Made by a program: the position numbers and the translations under genes. The notes beneath the pieces are model-generated. The model was not told the origin of the DNA, ran no database searches, and was given only the letters and a program-made list of their open reading frames with translations. Positions 25,470 through 35,187 of a DNA stretch of 64,000 nucleotides are shown in pieces (within the stretch, counting starts at the first letter, position 1; each line of letters opens with the position of its first letter). Source of the DNA: Acidobacteriota bacterium (GTDB lineage Bacteria; Acidobacteriota; Vicinamibacteria; Vicinamibacterales; 2-12-FULL-66-21); the NCBI GenBank assembly GCA_046732715.1, contig JBKPNQ010000156.1, forward strand, positions 1,058-65,057, in the 5' to 3' direction.

Positions 25470-27271
25470 GACTGCGATGCCTTCCGTGAAACCGGGCTGG
25501 TCACCATCCGCACGAAGATCGCGGTGCCGTTGCCGGCGGACGATTCGATCTCGAGCGTTGCTCCGACCAGCGACGCGCGCTCGCGCATGCCAAGCAAGCC
25601 AAAACCCTCCGCGGCCGTTTCGCGCGACGCCAGATCGAATCCCACACCATCGTCTTCGACGATCAGGAGCACGCTGTCGGCGCGACGTTCGAGGATCACT
25701 TCAACGCTGGTCGCGCCGGCGTGCTTCGCCACGTTCGTGAGAGCCTCCTGCGCGATCCGGTAGAGCGCCGTTTCGACATCGGTGGGCAACCGGTCGTCCA
25801 TGAGCCCGGACGAGTGTAACCGTGCAGGAATGCCGACGCGTGCCGACCAGTCCTGGAGGTAATTCGCCAGCGCGGCTCGCAGCCCAAGGTCGTCAAGTGC
25901 GGTCGGGCGAAGCTGCCAGACCAGCTGGTCGACATCATGATCGAGCCGCTGGGCAATCGCCTCGATCGATTCGACGTGTGCGCGCCAGTCCGCTCGATCG
26001 GCGCTCGCGTCCTTGAGCGAGCGAATACGCAGGGCGAGGGCCGTCAAGTGCTCACCAAACTGATCGTGCATTTCACGCGCGATCCGGCGCCGCTCATCTT
26101 CCTGCGCGAAGACGAGCCGGGTGAGGAACTCGCGCCGCGCACGCTCCGATTCGGCCTGTTTCCGCTCGGTGAGGTCGAAATGCGTGCCGACGATTCGCAC
26201 GACCGGTCCTCCGGGTGCGGTGCGGACCGGGTAGCCGCGAGACAGCACTTCTACATAGTGGCCGTCCTTGTGCAGCAGCCGGAATTCCCCCTGATATGTG
26301 TCGGCGCCGGCGCGCACGCTTTCGCTCAGCCGGCGTGCCTGTTCCTTGTCATCCGGGTGAAGCAGCCGCTCCCACGCGTCGACATGCGGTTCGATCTCGT
26401 CGTCGGCGTACCCGAGCATTTCCTTCCAGCGCGTTGAGTACACGACGGCGCCGGTTTCGAGGTTCCAGTCCCACACCCCTTCTTGCGCGCCGGCGAACGC
26501 CAGCTTCAGTCGTTCCTCGTTCTCTCGTAGCGCGGCTTCAGCCTGTCGGCGTTCGGTGAGATCAAGATGAGTTCCGACGATGCGGACGACCGGACCGCCG
26601 GGCTCGCGGCGCATGGGAAATCCTCGAGAGAGCACGTGAACGTAGTGGCCCGCCTTGTGCCGGAGGCGGAACTCTGCTTCATACGTGGCACGCGCACCGC
26701 GCGCCACGCTCTCGTTTGCACGATCGGCACGCGATCGGTCGTCGGGGTGCACGAGACGTTCCCACGCGCTGAGGTTGGGTTCGATCTCGTCAGGAGCGTA
26801 TCCGAGCATCTCGATCCAGCGCGGCGAGTAGACGACGGCATTCGTTTCCAGGTTCCAATCCCAGACGCCCTCGAGTGCGCCGGCGACGGCGAGCGTGAGG
26901 CGTTCCTCGCTCTCTCGAAGCGCACGCTCCGCCTGCTTCCGCGCAGTAATCTCGCGTACGACCAACTGGACGGTCTGCTGACCTTCGCCGGTCAGCAGCG
27001 CGCCGGCGACGCTGACGTCGCACGCGCGCCCGTCGTGCCGTTTCAGCGAGAGATCGATAGGTGATGTTTTCCGTCCAGCCCGACAGCTGGTCGTGAAATC
27101 GCGCAGGTCTTGATGCTGTTCGAGGCTGAACCAGTCAAAGAGTGACTGGCCTACCAGCTCATCTGTGTCAAAAAGAGCCAGCGCCGAAGGATTGGCAAAC
27201 GCGATGCGGTCCTGTTCAAGGAGGAGGATTCCGTCCGGCGACGTCTCTACCAAACGTCGGTAGGGTTCCAT
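25466..27271 (-). CDS. Sensor histidine kinase with three PAS domains (HisKA_3-type)
   Basis: ATGA overlap with the regulator. H-box REMHDQFGEHL. HATPase_c at the C-terminus. PAS2 and PAS3 are a tandem 130-aa duplication (about 26153-26932). Confidence 0.9.
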   Translation of the reverse strand: MEPYRRLVETSPDGILLLEQDRIAFANPSALALFDTDELVGQSLFDWFSLEQHQDLRDFTTSCRAGRKTSPIDLSLKRHDGRACDVSVAGALLTGEGQQTVQLVVREITARKQAERALRESEERLTLAVAGALEGVWDWNLETNAVVYSPRWIEMLGYAPDEIEPNLSAWERLVHPDDRSRADRANESVARGARATYEAEFRLRHKAGHYVHVLSRGFPMRREPGGPVVRIVGTHLDLTERRQAEAALRENEERLKLAFAGAQEGVWDWNLETGAVVYSTRWKEMLGYADDEIEPHVDAWERLLHPDDKEQARRLSESVRAGADTYQGEFRLLHKDGHYVEVLSRGYPVRTAPGGPVVRIVGTHFDLTERKQAESERARREFLTRLVFAQEDERRRIAREMHDQFGEHLTALALRIRSLKDASADRADWRAHVESIEAIAQRLDHDVDQLVWQLRPTALDDLGLRAALANYLQDWSARVGIPARLHSSGLMDDRLPTDVETALYRIAQEALTNVAKHAGATSVEVILERRADSVLLIVEDDGVGFDLASRETAAEGFGLLGMRERASLVGATLEIESSAGNGTAIFVRMVTSPVSRKASQS

Positions 27272-27623
27272 GGGCCGATAAAGTCTAGCGCCTGTAGATT
27301 CTGGGCACCAAACGGTTCGAGGTTGGATTTCTGGCTGATTTCACGACACCTCCGCCGGCCTGTACGTTCCCGTGGCGCAGGTCGTTAATAGGAAGGAGAC
27401 GGGCCTGGCGGGGTCATTGAGTACGTCGGTTTGACTGGTGCAGCATGATCTTGACGTTCTACCTCGGTGTAGCGGCGGTCCAATTCAAGCAATATGCGGC
27501 GTACATGCAGCGCCGCACCGCGGTTCGTGCCGCGCAATTGAGCGTGACGTCTCAGAACTGAAGTACCTCGGGTGGAAACCCGATCCGCGAGAGGAATTGC
27601 GGCCGAGTGCGACGGGCTTTATA

Positions 27624-28304
27624 GTGGCAGTCTCCGAGCACCGCGTGATCTTTCGCTTCGATCGTTTTGCGCTCGACTCCGACACGCGACGTCTCCTCCG
27701 GGACGGCGAAGAAATCCACCTCTCTCCGAAGGCGCTCCAGCTTCTGCAAGTTCTCATCGAGAACCGGACCCGGGCGATGTCGCGGGCCGATCTCCAGAAG
27801 GAACTCTGGCCGACAACGTTCGTCCTCGACACCAACCTGGCGGGCCTGATCAAAGAGGTCAGGCGCGCGCTGGACGACACCGCCGAAACGCCGCGTTTCG
27901 TCCGGACCGTGCACCGGTTCGGATACTGGTTCATCGGCGAGGTCCAGGATGGCACCGGTTCCGGTTCGATTTCACGCGCGGCGGCATCGGTTCGGTATTG
28001 GCTGGTATGGTCGACGCGTCAGATCCCGGTCGACGCCGGCGAGCACATTCTCGGCCGGGCGCCGGACGCCTCGGTCTGGATTGATGCGCCCGGTGTGTCG
28101 CGTCACCACGCCCGTCTCGTCATCGACGGTGAAGACGTGACGGTCGAGGATCTGGGCAGCAAAAACGGCACCTACGTTGGCGATGAGCCAGTCGTCTCGC
28201 CACGCCGGTTGGTCGATGGTGATCAGATCCGTCTTGGACCTGTGGTGATCACTTTCCGCATCCCACCGCCGGTCGGATCGACAGACACGGTGCGGATAGA
28301 CTAG
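27624..28304 (+). CDS. Winged-helix (OmpR/Trans_reg_C-type) DNA-binding protein fused to FHA domain
   Basis: FRFDRFALDSDTRRLLRDGEEIHLSPKALQLLQVL...TVHRFGYWF wHTH. FHA motif LGR...VSRHHARL...DLGSKNGT. Start uncertain: in-frame candidates at 27438, 27597, 27624 and 27645. Confidence 0.75.
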   Translation: MAVSEHRVIFRFDRFALDSDTRRLLRDGEEIHLSPKALQLLQVLIENRTRAMSRADLQKELWPTTFVLDTNLAGLIKEVRRALDDTAETPRFVRTVHRFGYWFIGEVQDGTGSGSISRAAASVRYWLVWSTRQIPVDAGEHILGRAPDASVWIDAPGVSRHHARLVIDGEDVTVEDLGSKNGTYVGDEPVVSPRRLVDGDQIRLGPVVITFRIPPPVGSTDTVRID

Positions 28305-28420
28305 CGCGGATTCCACAGAATCCACATCTCCAACCCACACGCCCCCTACGACTTTGCGTCACGCCAGTCACTAATCTTCACTCCGCGTCGCATGGTTAGT
28401 GCGTCGCCAGGAGGTGGGAT

Positions 28421-29683
28421 GTGACTCGGACAATAAACACAAGGCTGACGCGGCTCGCGATTGTCGCAGCGCTTATCCTCGCCGGCTCCGTTACACGCGC
28501 CGACGCCGACGTCGTCAGCGACTGGAATCTGCAGTTGTTGAAAGTGCCGTTCGCGGTGGGGCCGCCGCAAGCGCGGCTGCTGGCGATCATGCACGTGGCG
28601 ATGCACGATGCCATCAATTCGATCACCGGCGAGTATCAAACCTATCGGCGTCCGGCCCTCGCGCCGTTTGGCGCGTCGCCAGTCGCGGCGGGTGCCGCGG
28701 CGGCCCATCGTGTGCTCGTCACGCTGCTGCCCGCGTCGATGATTCCGGAGTACGACACCGCGCTGCAAGCGTCGCTCGACGGGATCCCGGAGCCCGAGCA
28801 GAGTCTAGGAGTCGCCGTCGGTGAGGATGTCGCACGGAGACTGCTCGACGAGCGCAGCCACGACGGTTTTTCAGCGGTCGTTCCCTACACGCCGGGTACG
28901 GGGCCCGGTGCGTGGATACCAACGCTGCCGTTGTTCGCGCCCGCGCTGCTGCCTGGCCTTGGTGACGTTGTGCCTTTCGCCCTGCATTCCGGCGATCAGT
29001 TCCGGCCCGACGGTCCACCCTCGCTCACGAGTGAGGAGTATGCCGCCGACGTGAACGAAGTGCAGCTCCGCGGCGACGCCAACGGCGAGACCCTTGGAAA
29101 TAGATCGCACGCCGAGTCCGCGACGGCGCGGTTCTGGCTCGGTAACAGCATTCCAATCTTCCAGCAGATCGCGCGGCAGATTTCATCCGGCCGGGGCCTT
29201 GGGCTCTCCGAGAACGCGCGGTTCTTCGCGCTGCTGAGCATCGCGGGCGCCGACGCGTACATCGCGGCGTGGGATGCGAAGTACACCTACAACTTCTGGC
29301 GGCCGGTGACCGCGATCCGACAGGCGGACAGCGATGGAAACCCGGCGACGATTGGTGATACGTCGTGGCTGCCGCTTGGACCCACGCCTCCGTTCCCCGA
29401 CTACGTTTCCGGCCACACCACTTACACGGGCGCGTTCGTTCAGGTGGTCGAGCGAATATTCGGGACGGCGCCGGTGACGTTCACCGTAATGAACGTGAAT
29501 GTGCCTGCGGCCGAACAGAGCCGCACCTATCACAGCATCGGGGAGCTGTCCGACGAAATGATCGAAGCGAGAATCCTCGCGGGAATCCATTTTCGCACCG
29601 CTGACCGTGACGGCGATTGCCTGGGGCGGCAGGTGGCGCAGTTCGCGCTGATACACGAGCTGCGGACAGCGCGGAAACAATGA
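28421..29683 (+). CDS. PAP2 superfamily protein, vanadium-haloperoxidase / acid-phosphatase-like, secreted
   Basis: SD AGGAGG before GTG. Signal peptide. PAP2 motifs FWRPVTAIR, YVSGHTT and ARILAGIHFRTAD. Confidence 0.75.
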   Translation: MTRTINTRLTRLAIVAALILAGSVTRADADVVSDWNLQLLKVPFAVGPPQARLLAIMHVAMHDAINSITGEYQTYRRPALAPFGASPVAAGAAAAHRVLVTLLPASMIPEYDTALQASLDGIPEPEQSLGVAVGEDVARRLLDERSHDGFSAVVPYTPGTGPGAWIPTLPLFAPALLPGLGDVVPFALHSGDQFRPDGPPSLTSEEYAADVNEVQLRGDANGETLGNRSHAESATARFWLGNSIPIFQQIARQISSGRGLGLSENARFFALLSIAGADAYIAAWDAKYTYNFWRPVTAIRQADSDGNPATIGDTSWLPLGPTPPFPDYVSGHTTYTGAFVQVVERIFGTAPVTFTVMNVNVPAAEQSRTYHSIGELSDEMIEARILAGIHFRTADRDGDCLGRQVAQFALIHELRTARKQ

Positions 29684-29688
29684 CGCGC

Positions 29689-29748
29689 TAATCCCTCATC
29701 CCTGATCACTGACGCGATTCGGGATCAGTGATCAGGGATGAGGGATTA
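29689..29748. terminator. Perfect 24-bp inverted repeat (12-nt loop) between convergent genes; arms are three heptamer words
   Basis: TAATCCCTCATCCCTGATCACTGA (29689-29712) and its exact reverse complement (29725-29748). The right arm contains the stop codon of the minus-strand gene. No T-tract on either side. Confidence 0.55.
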
Positions 29749-30696
29749 CTTGCCCAGCCCTTTGATGGCGTTCCCGCCTCCGAACTCACGAGTCAGTGTG
29801 ATGCCGAGCAGGTGCCCCATGTGGGCGCCAAAATTCCCGGCAACGGTCGAAACCCAGATCCCTGACAGCTCGGTCGACGATCTCAGGCGAATAGTCAGGC
29901 CGCCGCCGACGTTGGTGTAATTCGACACGACGAATCGATCGTGGGTCGTCCAGCCATGGGCGACGAGCTGGGGTACCGTGGGACCCTTGTGCCTCATTTG
30001 CCATCCGACCAGGCCTTTCAGTCCCCAGCGTCGAGTGATATCCGTCCCTGCCTCGACGTCCACGTTGCTGCGCACGGACGAGAGGTCGTCGACCACCTCG
30101 GCGGCGGCGAGAGAGTAGCGCGCGTGAACGTAGGTTGACGGTATCCACGTGCTGAGGTCGGTTCCTCCGCTCGCGCCGACTTGAAAGTCGGTCCGATGTC
30201 GACCGGGGACGGCCTCGCCGTCTGTTTCGTATTCGTGCGTCGGCACAGTAATGCCTGCGAGCGGCGCGAGGGCGACGCGGTGGAGCTCGATCATCCGCCG
30301 CACCTCGACGTGCAGATCCTGAAACGCACCATGGTAAAAACCATCGTCGAGTGGCCCCGGAGTCGTGACGATTCCGCCGACGAAGTAGCCACCGGGCAGC
30401 CCGGTGTATTTCGACGCGATGTAGGGCAGGCTGACCGTTAGGCCAATTGAATACGGCAGACCCCAATCGGCTTCCGCGACCAGAGACTTCGAGTGCGTGG
30501 CCCCCGTGTCGGTGGTTGGTATGCCCGCAGGACCGACGTAATGCCCTTTGACGTAGTAGTTCTGATACGTCACCGACACGGTCCCTTCGCCGGGTGGAGG
30601 AACCCATGGCTGGGCAAGGGCTGGAATCGCTGCAGCGTGAAAAACGACCACAACACGCCACATCCGTCCGATCCGCACGAGGCGGGTGCGCATCAC
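29746..30696 (-). CDS. Putative outer-membrane beta-barrel protein (hypothetical)
   Basis: Signal peptide ...AAIPALAQP. Alternating beta-strand-like pattern with aromatic residues. Alternative start at 30663. Confidence 0.45.
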   Translation of the reverse strand: MMRTRLVRIGRMWRVVVVFHAAAIPALAQPWVPPPGEGTVSVTYQNYYVKGHYVGPAGIPTTDTGATHSKSLVAEADWGLPYSIGLTVSLPYIASKYTGLPGGYFVGGIVTTPGPLDDGFYHGAFQDLHVEVRRMIELHRVALAPLAGITVPTHEYETDGEAVPGRHRTDFQVGASGGTDLSTWIPSTYVHARYSLAAAEVVDDLSSVRSNVDVEAGTDITRRWGLKGLVGWQMRHKGPTVPQLVAHGWTTHDRFVVSNYTNVGGGLTIRLRSSTELSGIWVSTVAGNFGAHMGHLLGITLTREFGGGNAIKGLGK

Positions 30697-30715
30697 GAGG
30701 GGTTATCGGATAGTC

Positions 30716-31240
30716 CTAATGTGCCAGGCGTCCGCCGTCCTTCAGTCTGAAATCGAGCGCGTGATCGATCTCGACCAGAGCGTCGTTATCGCTCATTGCG
30801 CGAGGGTTGAGCAGGCAGTGAAAGTCTTTCCTGAGCTGGGCTTCGGCGGGCTTGTTTGAGTCCAGCAGGATTGGAAGGATTGCGGTCCGGGACGGCGCCG
30901 CATCGACTTCTTTTTTCAGCATCTCCAGGTCACTGTACTCGGCGATCACGAGCGGATATTTCGCGGTGGCAAGGATGGACGCGACGTCTTCCCCGCGCTG
31001 GAGCACTCGCGGCGAGTGTCCAGCTTTCTTGAGCAGGTCCTCGAACATCGCCATGCCCGGCGAGGTCGAACGAGCCGGTCGATAAATCAGAATCGACGAC
31101 GGATGAAGAGCGGCGTACCTTCGACTCGATACGCTCCGACCCGGGCGCATGAACTTGTCGCCGCAGGCGCTCACATCCGCGTAAGCCAGGGCCAGAAGTC
31201 CCGCGGCGAAACCCGCGACGGCCAGACGACGGAACATCAT
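30716..31240 (-). CDS. Secreted hypothetical protein with (beta-alpha)5 receiver-like pattern
   Basis: SD AAGGAG. Signal peptide ending ...YADVSACGDKF. No recognisable catalytic motifs. Confidence 0.6.
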   Translation of the reverse strand: MMFRRLAVAGFAAGLLALAYADVSACGDKFMRPGRSVSSRRYAALHPSSILIYRPARSTSPGMAMFEDLLKKAGHSPRVLQRGEDVASILATAKYPLVIAEYSDLEMLKKEVDAAPSRTAILPILLDSNKPAEAQLRKDFHCLLNPRAMSDNDALVEIDHALDFRLKDGGRLAH

Positions 31241-31269
31241 CGTGCGCTCCTTGAGCGAGGGTTTCGAGC

Positions 31270-31299
31270 AATCTAAGACTCGCTCGTGATCCTGTCAAG
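31270..31299 (-). promoter_or_regulatory. Sigma70-like promoter candidate TTGACA-N18-TAGATT
   Basis: On the minus strand, TTGACA is at 31299-31294 and TAGATT at 31275-31270, about 30 nt upstream of ATG 31240. Confidence 0.4.
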
Positions 31300-31358
31300 C
31301 GCCGTTGCCCGGGTTTGTTGTGGGATTTTCGTGGTTTCACGAAGCGCGGATGCCGATC

Positions 31359-34190
31359 CTAGGGAGACTGAAGCCCCAGGCCCGGATTGAACCAGTCGGC
31401 AAGAGTTCGGCGGCGTAGCTTCAGGCCGTCCATGACCCACAGATCGCCGCGAAGCCGCACCGTCGCGATGACCGCCGTGCGGCTATCCGCGCTCAGCGTG
31501 AAGCCCTTCACCGGGTTGTTGGCCGGCGGCGACGCTCCCAGCCTGGCAAGGATTTTCTGGCGGCCGTTCATTGGGTCGACCTCCACCACAACCAATTGCA
31601 TCTCGTCCGTCTCCTTGATCCCGACCAGTCGGGTCCCTCGATCGGCCCATTCATGGAGCAGCCATCGGTCCGTCACTTGACTGTTCTGGATTCCCCGGCT
31701 GTTCTTGCCATCGGTCGACACGAGGATGAGACCCTTGTCTGTTTCCCACGTAATCCAGTCGTTGGCCGGTGACCAGTGCGGTGCGGCGCCGGGCACTCCG
31801 TCGGTTCGGAGGATCACCGGTTCAGAGCCGCTCCCGACACGAACTTTGGCGAGCACCCACTGACGCGATTTCCATTCCGTGTAGGCGATCCACTCTCCGT
31901 TGGGAGACCACGTCGGCGCGCTCTGGTAGCCCTCGTGCGACGCCGGCAGCAGCGGGACCGGGGCACCGCCGTCGGTGAACCGGGTCCAGATTCGCAAAGG
32001 CCAGATCATGGGTTTCTGCGCGTTCCGCAGGAACGCGATTTGCCGGCCGTCTGGTGAAAACGTCGGCGCTCCCAGCATGATCGTCCGGTCGTCGCCGAAC
32101 TCCCTCTGTGTGACGACGGGCTGATCCACCCATCGATCGGCCTGTCGCCGTCTGAGCCAGATTTCGTCCTGGCCGCTGCGATCTGTGACGTACGCCAGCG
32201 CGCTGCCGTCGGCGGACCACGCCGGCTCGGATTCGCTGCGCGACGTGACGATGAGCGGCCGCATCTGAGCCAGCGTCGACGGAGCTGGTTCCGGCGCCTT
32301 GGGATCAACCGCCACCGACACGAGGTCGTAATCGGAGTCCTCGCGAGCAAACACGATCTGATCGCCTGACGGCGAGGCCGATGGGGAGTACTCGTTGTCC
32401 GCGCTTCGCGTCAGCGGCCACCAGCGATTCCGATTCAGATCCGCAATCCACAGGTCCGCACCCGGTCTCGTCAGCGAGATGACGGCCAGCACGACGTGAT
32501 GCCCGTCAGGGAGCCAGCTGAAACTCGTGGCCCGCGGGGCGAGATCCGGCCAACCCTCGAGTCGTCGATATGGCGCGCCACCGTTGAGCGGCACGATCCA
32601 GAATTGCCAGCCGCGCGCCTCGGGTTGCAGCTCTATCGATCTCGCGACGGCGCAAATCCCTAATCGGCTGCCGTCTGGCGAGAAGGCGAGTGAGCCTTCG
32701 ACGAATGGAAGCGCTCCGAGCGTGGCGGACTTGGCGGCATGACTCTCCACGTTGTCGCTGGTCCAGGGCTCGACGCCGCCCGGCGTCGACAGCCACAGTG
32801 TCGAGTCTCCGACGATGTCCCCCTGGCCTTCGTCGCGGAGGAACGCAATCGCAGTCCCGTCTGGGGAGATGGCGCCGCGAATCGCATCGCGGACGACGAT
32901 CTCCGGTGTGCCACCCGATGCGCCAACCGACCAGATGCCCTCCTTGTCCTGCGCCTGGGAGACGTAATAAATCCGTTTGCCATCGTGCGACCAGAACGGC
33001 TGCGTCGCATCGAAGTTGCCAAACGTGACTTGAACGGGTCCGGAAGACGAGAGTCGGCGTGTGAAGATCTGAAGGACGCCGCCGACTTCGGCGGCATACG
33101 CAACGACCTCATCGGTTGGGGACCACGAGGGGAATCCTTCATAGGCGCCTTGGGTGGCGAGCGGCGTGAAACGCAAAGCCGAGACGTCGATCACCTCACC
33201 ACCAAAGCGCGGCAGCATCAGCACGATCGCGGCCGCCAGCGTGGCGACGATCGCTCCTACCATCAGCGCAACCCGCCACGGCGTGTTGAATATCCAGGGA
33301 GGCGTGGCTTCGCGGTCGGTGACCTCGGTCAGGCGATCGCGAAGCATCCGCAGTTCACGGTGAAGGTCTGCGGTCGACGCGTACCGATCGGCCGGATGCT
33401 TCGCAAAACATCGCTCGATGATCCAGCGCAGCTGGAGCGGTGTTTTCGGGCCCAGTCCCGTCATCGGCGGCAGATCGTCGTTGATGATGGCGTGGAGCGT
33501 TGCCGCCGGCGTGTCGCGACGAAACGCGGGCCGGCCGGTCAGCATCTCGTAAAGGATCAGACCGAACGAAAACTGATCCGTGTGAAAGTCGGTTGGCGAG
33601 CCGAGCGCCTGCTCGGGACTCATATAAGGTACCGTCCCCGATCGGAGCCCATCCTCGGTCTCGGTCACGTCTCCTGACGGCGTCGACGACGCACCTGCGG
33701 CGTCCACGCCGATACGAGTCAGGCCGAAGTCGAGAATCTTCGCGCGGCCGGTCCTCGTCACCATGATGTTCTCGGGCTTGAGATCGCGGTGGACGATGGC
33801 GGCGTCGTGCGCGGCGGCGAGCCCGTCGGCGATCTGCGTCGCCAGGTCCAGGGCTCGCTTGAGCGGCACGCGTCCGCGTCGGATCTCCTCCCGGAGCGAC
33901 TGACCATCGATGACTTCGGATGCGATGAAGGGGGGATCGCCGTCCACCGACACGTCGAAGACGGTCACGATGTTGGGATGGTTGAGCGTGCCGGCGGCGC
34001 GCGCCTCGGCCACGAAGCGTTGCAGTCGATCGGTATCGATCGGCGATCGGCGATGGAGGATCTTGAGCGCGACTTCACGCTCGAGCCTCGGATCCCACGC
34101 GCGATACACTTCGCCGCCGCCCCCGCTCCCGAGCAACTCGAGAATCTGATAGGGCCCAAGCGCCGGCCGAGAAGCGGTCCCCGCTTTCAT
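31359..34190 (-). CDS. Ser/Thr protein kinase with TM helix and TolB-like (PD40/WD40-like) beta-propeller region
   Basis: GSGGGGEVY, HRDLKPENIM, DFGLTR and YMSPE. One TM helix. Repeated ..SPDG..IAF..-type propeller blades. Confidence 0.9.
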   Translation of the reverse strand: MKAGTASRPALGPYQILELLGSGGGGEVYRAWDPRLEREVALKILHRRSPIDTDRLQRFVAEARAAGTLNHPNIVTVFDVSVDGDPPFIASEVIDGQSLREEIRRGRVPLKRALDLATQIADGLAAAHDAAIVHRDLKPENIMVTRTGRAKILDFGLTRIGVDAAGASSTPSGDVTETEDGLRSGTVPYMSPEQALGSPTDFHTDQFSFGLILYEMLTGRPAFRRDTPAATLHAIINDDLPPMTGLGPKTPLQLRWIIERCFAKHPADRYASTADLHRELRMLRDRLTEVTDREATPPWIFNTPWRVALMVGAIVATLAAAIVLMLPRFGGEVIDVSALRFTPLATQGAYEGFPSWSPTDEVVAYAAEVGGVLQIFTRRLSSSGPVQVTFGNFDATQPFWSHDGKRIYYVSQAQDKEGIWSVGASGGTPEIVVRDAIRGAISPDGTAIAFLRDEGQGDIVGDSTLWLSTPGGVEPWTSDNVESHAAKSATLGALPFVEGSLAFSPDGSRLGICAVARSIELQPEARGWQFWIVPLNGGAPYRRLEGWPDLAPRATSFSWLPDGHHVVLAVISLTRPGADLWIADLNRNRWWPLTRSADNEYSPSASPSGDQIVFAREDSDYDLVSVAVDPKAPEPAPSTLAQMRPLIVTSRSESEPAWSADGSALAYVTDRSGQDEIWLRRRQADRWVDQPVVTQREFGDDRTIMLGAPTFSPDGRQIAFLRNAQKPMIWPLRIWTRFTDGGAPVPLLPASHEGYQSAPTWSPNGEWIAYTEWKSRQWVLAKVRVGSGSEPVILRTDGVPGAAPHWSPANDWITWETDKGLILVSTDGKNSRGIQNSQVTDRWLLHEWADRGTRLVGIKETDEMQLVVVEVDPMNGRQKILARLGASPPANNPVKGFTLSADSRTAVIATVRLRGDLWVMDGLKLRRRTLADWFNPGLGLQSP

Positions 34191-34363
34191 GAACGGATTG
34201 GTTGATCTTATACCCGCGGAGGTCGGTTGGCCGCGGCTGGCCCGCCTTCGCGACCGCGCCGCTTCAGCGCGACCGGCTGGCGCTCCAGGCCTGCTGCTGG
34301 CGGATCACCGTTCCGAGCGGCGCGATTGGGCGATGGATTCGTCGTGAAGTCGTGCGGTGAGGG

Positions 34364-35011
34364 TCAGTCAAACGGCAGATCGAGCGCGCGAGCCGTTGTC
34401 GCGGACGACATCCCGAGCTGGTTGAGTCGAACGTCGGTGTGCGACCGGCAGATGGATCCCAGCGCGTTGCTGGTCTCCGGATTGAGGAAGGTCGAGGCCG
34501 AGTAGCCGCAGAGGACGGTCAGCGATTCACGCGACGCGAGCTCACTCCACAGATTCTCCAGGACGTCGGCCGCCTGGAAGAATCCGTCGGCGGCAAGCAC
34601 GTCGACCATGTCGCTGTAGACGCGGAGTGCCGCGCCTGATGAGTTGAGCTGACGAACCGTCTTGCCAACGACCTCGTCGAACAGGCCCCGGCTGGGCACG
34701 CCGTGCCACATCATGCGGGTGAGCGTCCGGGCGGCGTCGAGTACCGTGAGAGATCCGCTGGCGACGGCATCGCTCAAGGTGACGTTGGCCGCCGTCAATC
34801 GCGATGAGGTCGAGTTCCAGTGCGGCAGTCGCATGACCAGCAGTACCGCGTCGCCCTGCCGCAGACCGTCGAGGACGAAGGTGGAGACGCGGTCGGTCAT
34901 CGACTCGTTCGTCTCGAACATCTCGACCATATGCCGAGAAGCAGCACTCCCGTTGACGAGGGCCTGTTCTTCGGCCGTCGACGCACGATCTTTAGGATGA
35001 TCGCAACTCAT
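34364..35011 (-). CDS. MEDS-domain-like sensory protein (hypothetical)
   Basis: Start ATG 35011 (MSCDHPKD). HMVEMFETNESMTDRVSTFVLDGLRQGDAVLLV resembles the N-terminus of MEDS domains. Confidence 0.45.
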   Translation of the reverse strand: MSCDHPKDRASTAEEQALVNGSAASRHMVEMFETNESMTDRVSTFVLDGLRQGDAVLLVMRLPHWNSTSSRLTAANVTLSDAVASGSLTVLDAARTLTRMMWHGVPSRGLFDEVVGKTVRQLNSSGAALRVYSDMVDVLAADGFFQAADVLENLWSELASRESLTVLCGYSASTFLNPETSNALGSICRSHTDVRLNQLGMSSATTARALDLPFD

Positions 35012-35096
35012 CGTTAACGTCGGCAATCCTACACTAAGTGCTGCAGAGGTGTCCGGCAAAGTTCGAATGAAAATCTCACAGTGAGAGGACAGGCGT

Positions 35097-35143
35097 GGGC
35101 AAAAGAAAACGCCGTTCGCACCTTCATCAGATGCGAACGGCGT
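35097..35143 (-). terminator. Canonical Rho-independent terminator
   Basis: Perfect 12-bp stem ACGCCGTTCGCA/TGCGAACGGCGT (35109-35120 / 35132-35143) with an 11-nt loop, followed on the minus strand by TTTCTTTTG. Lies 45 nt after the stop at 35188. Confidence 0.8.
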
Positions 35144-35187
35144 GAATGGCTGAGGTGAGTGCCCGGAACGGGCCCGCGACAACCTCG

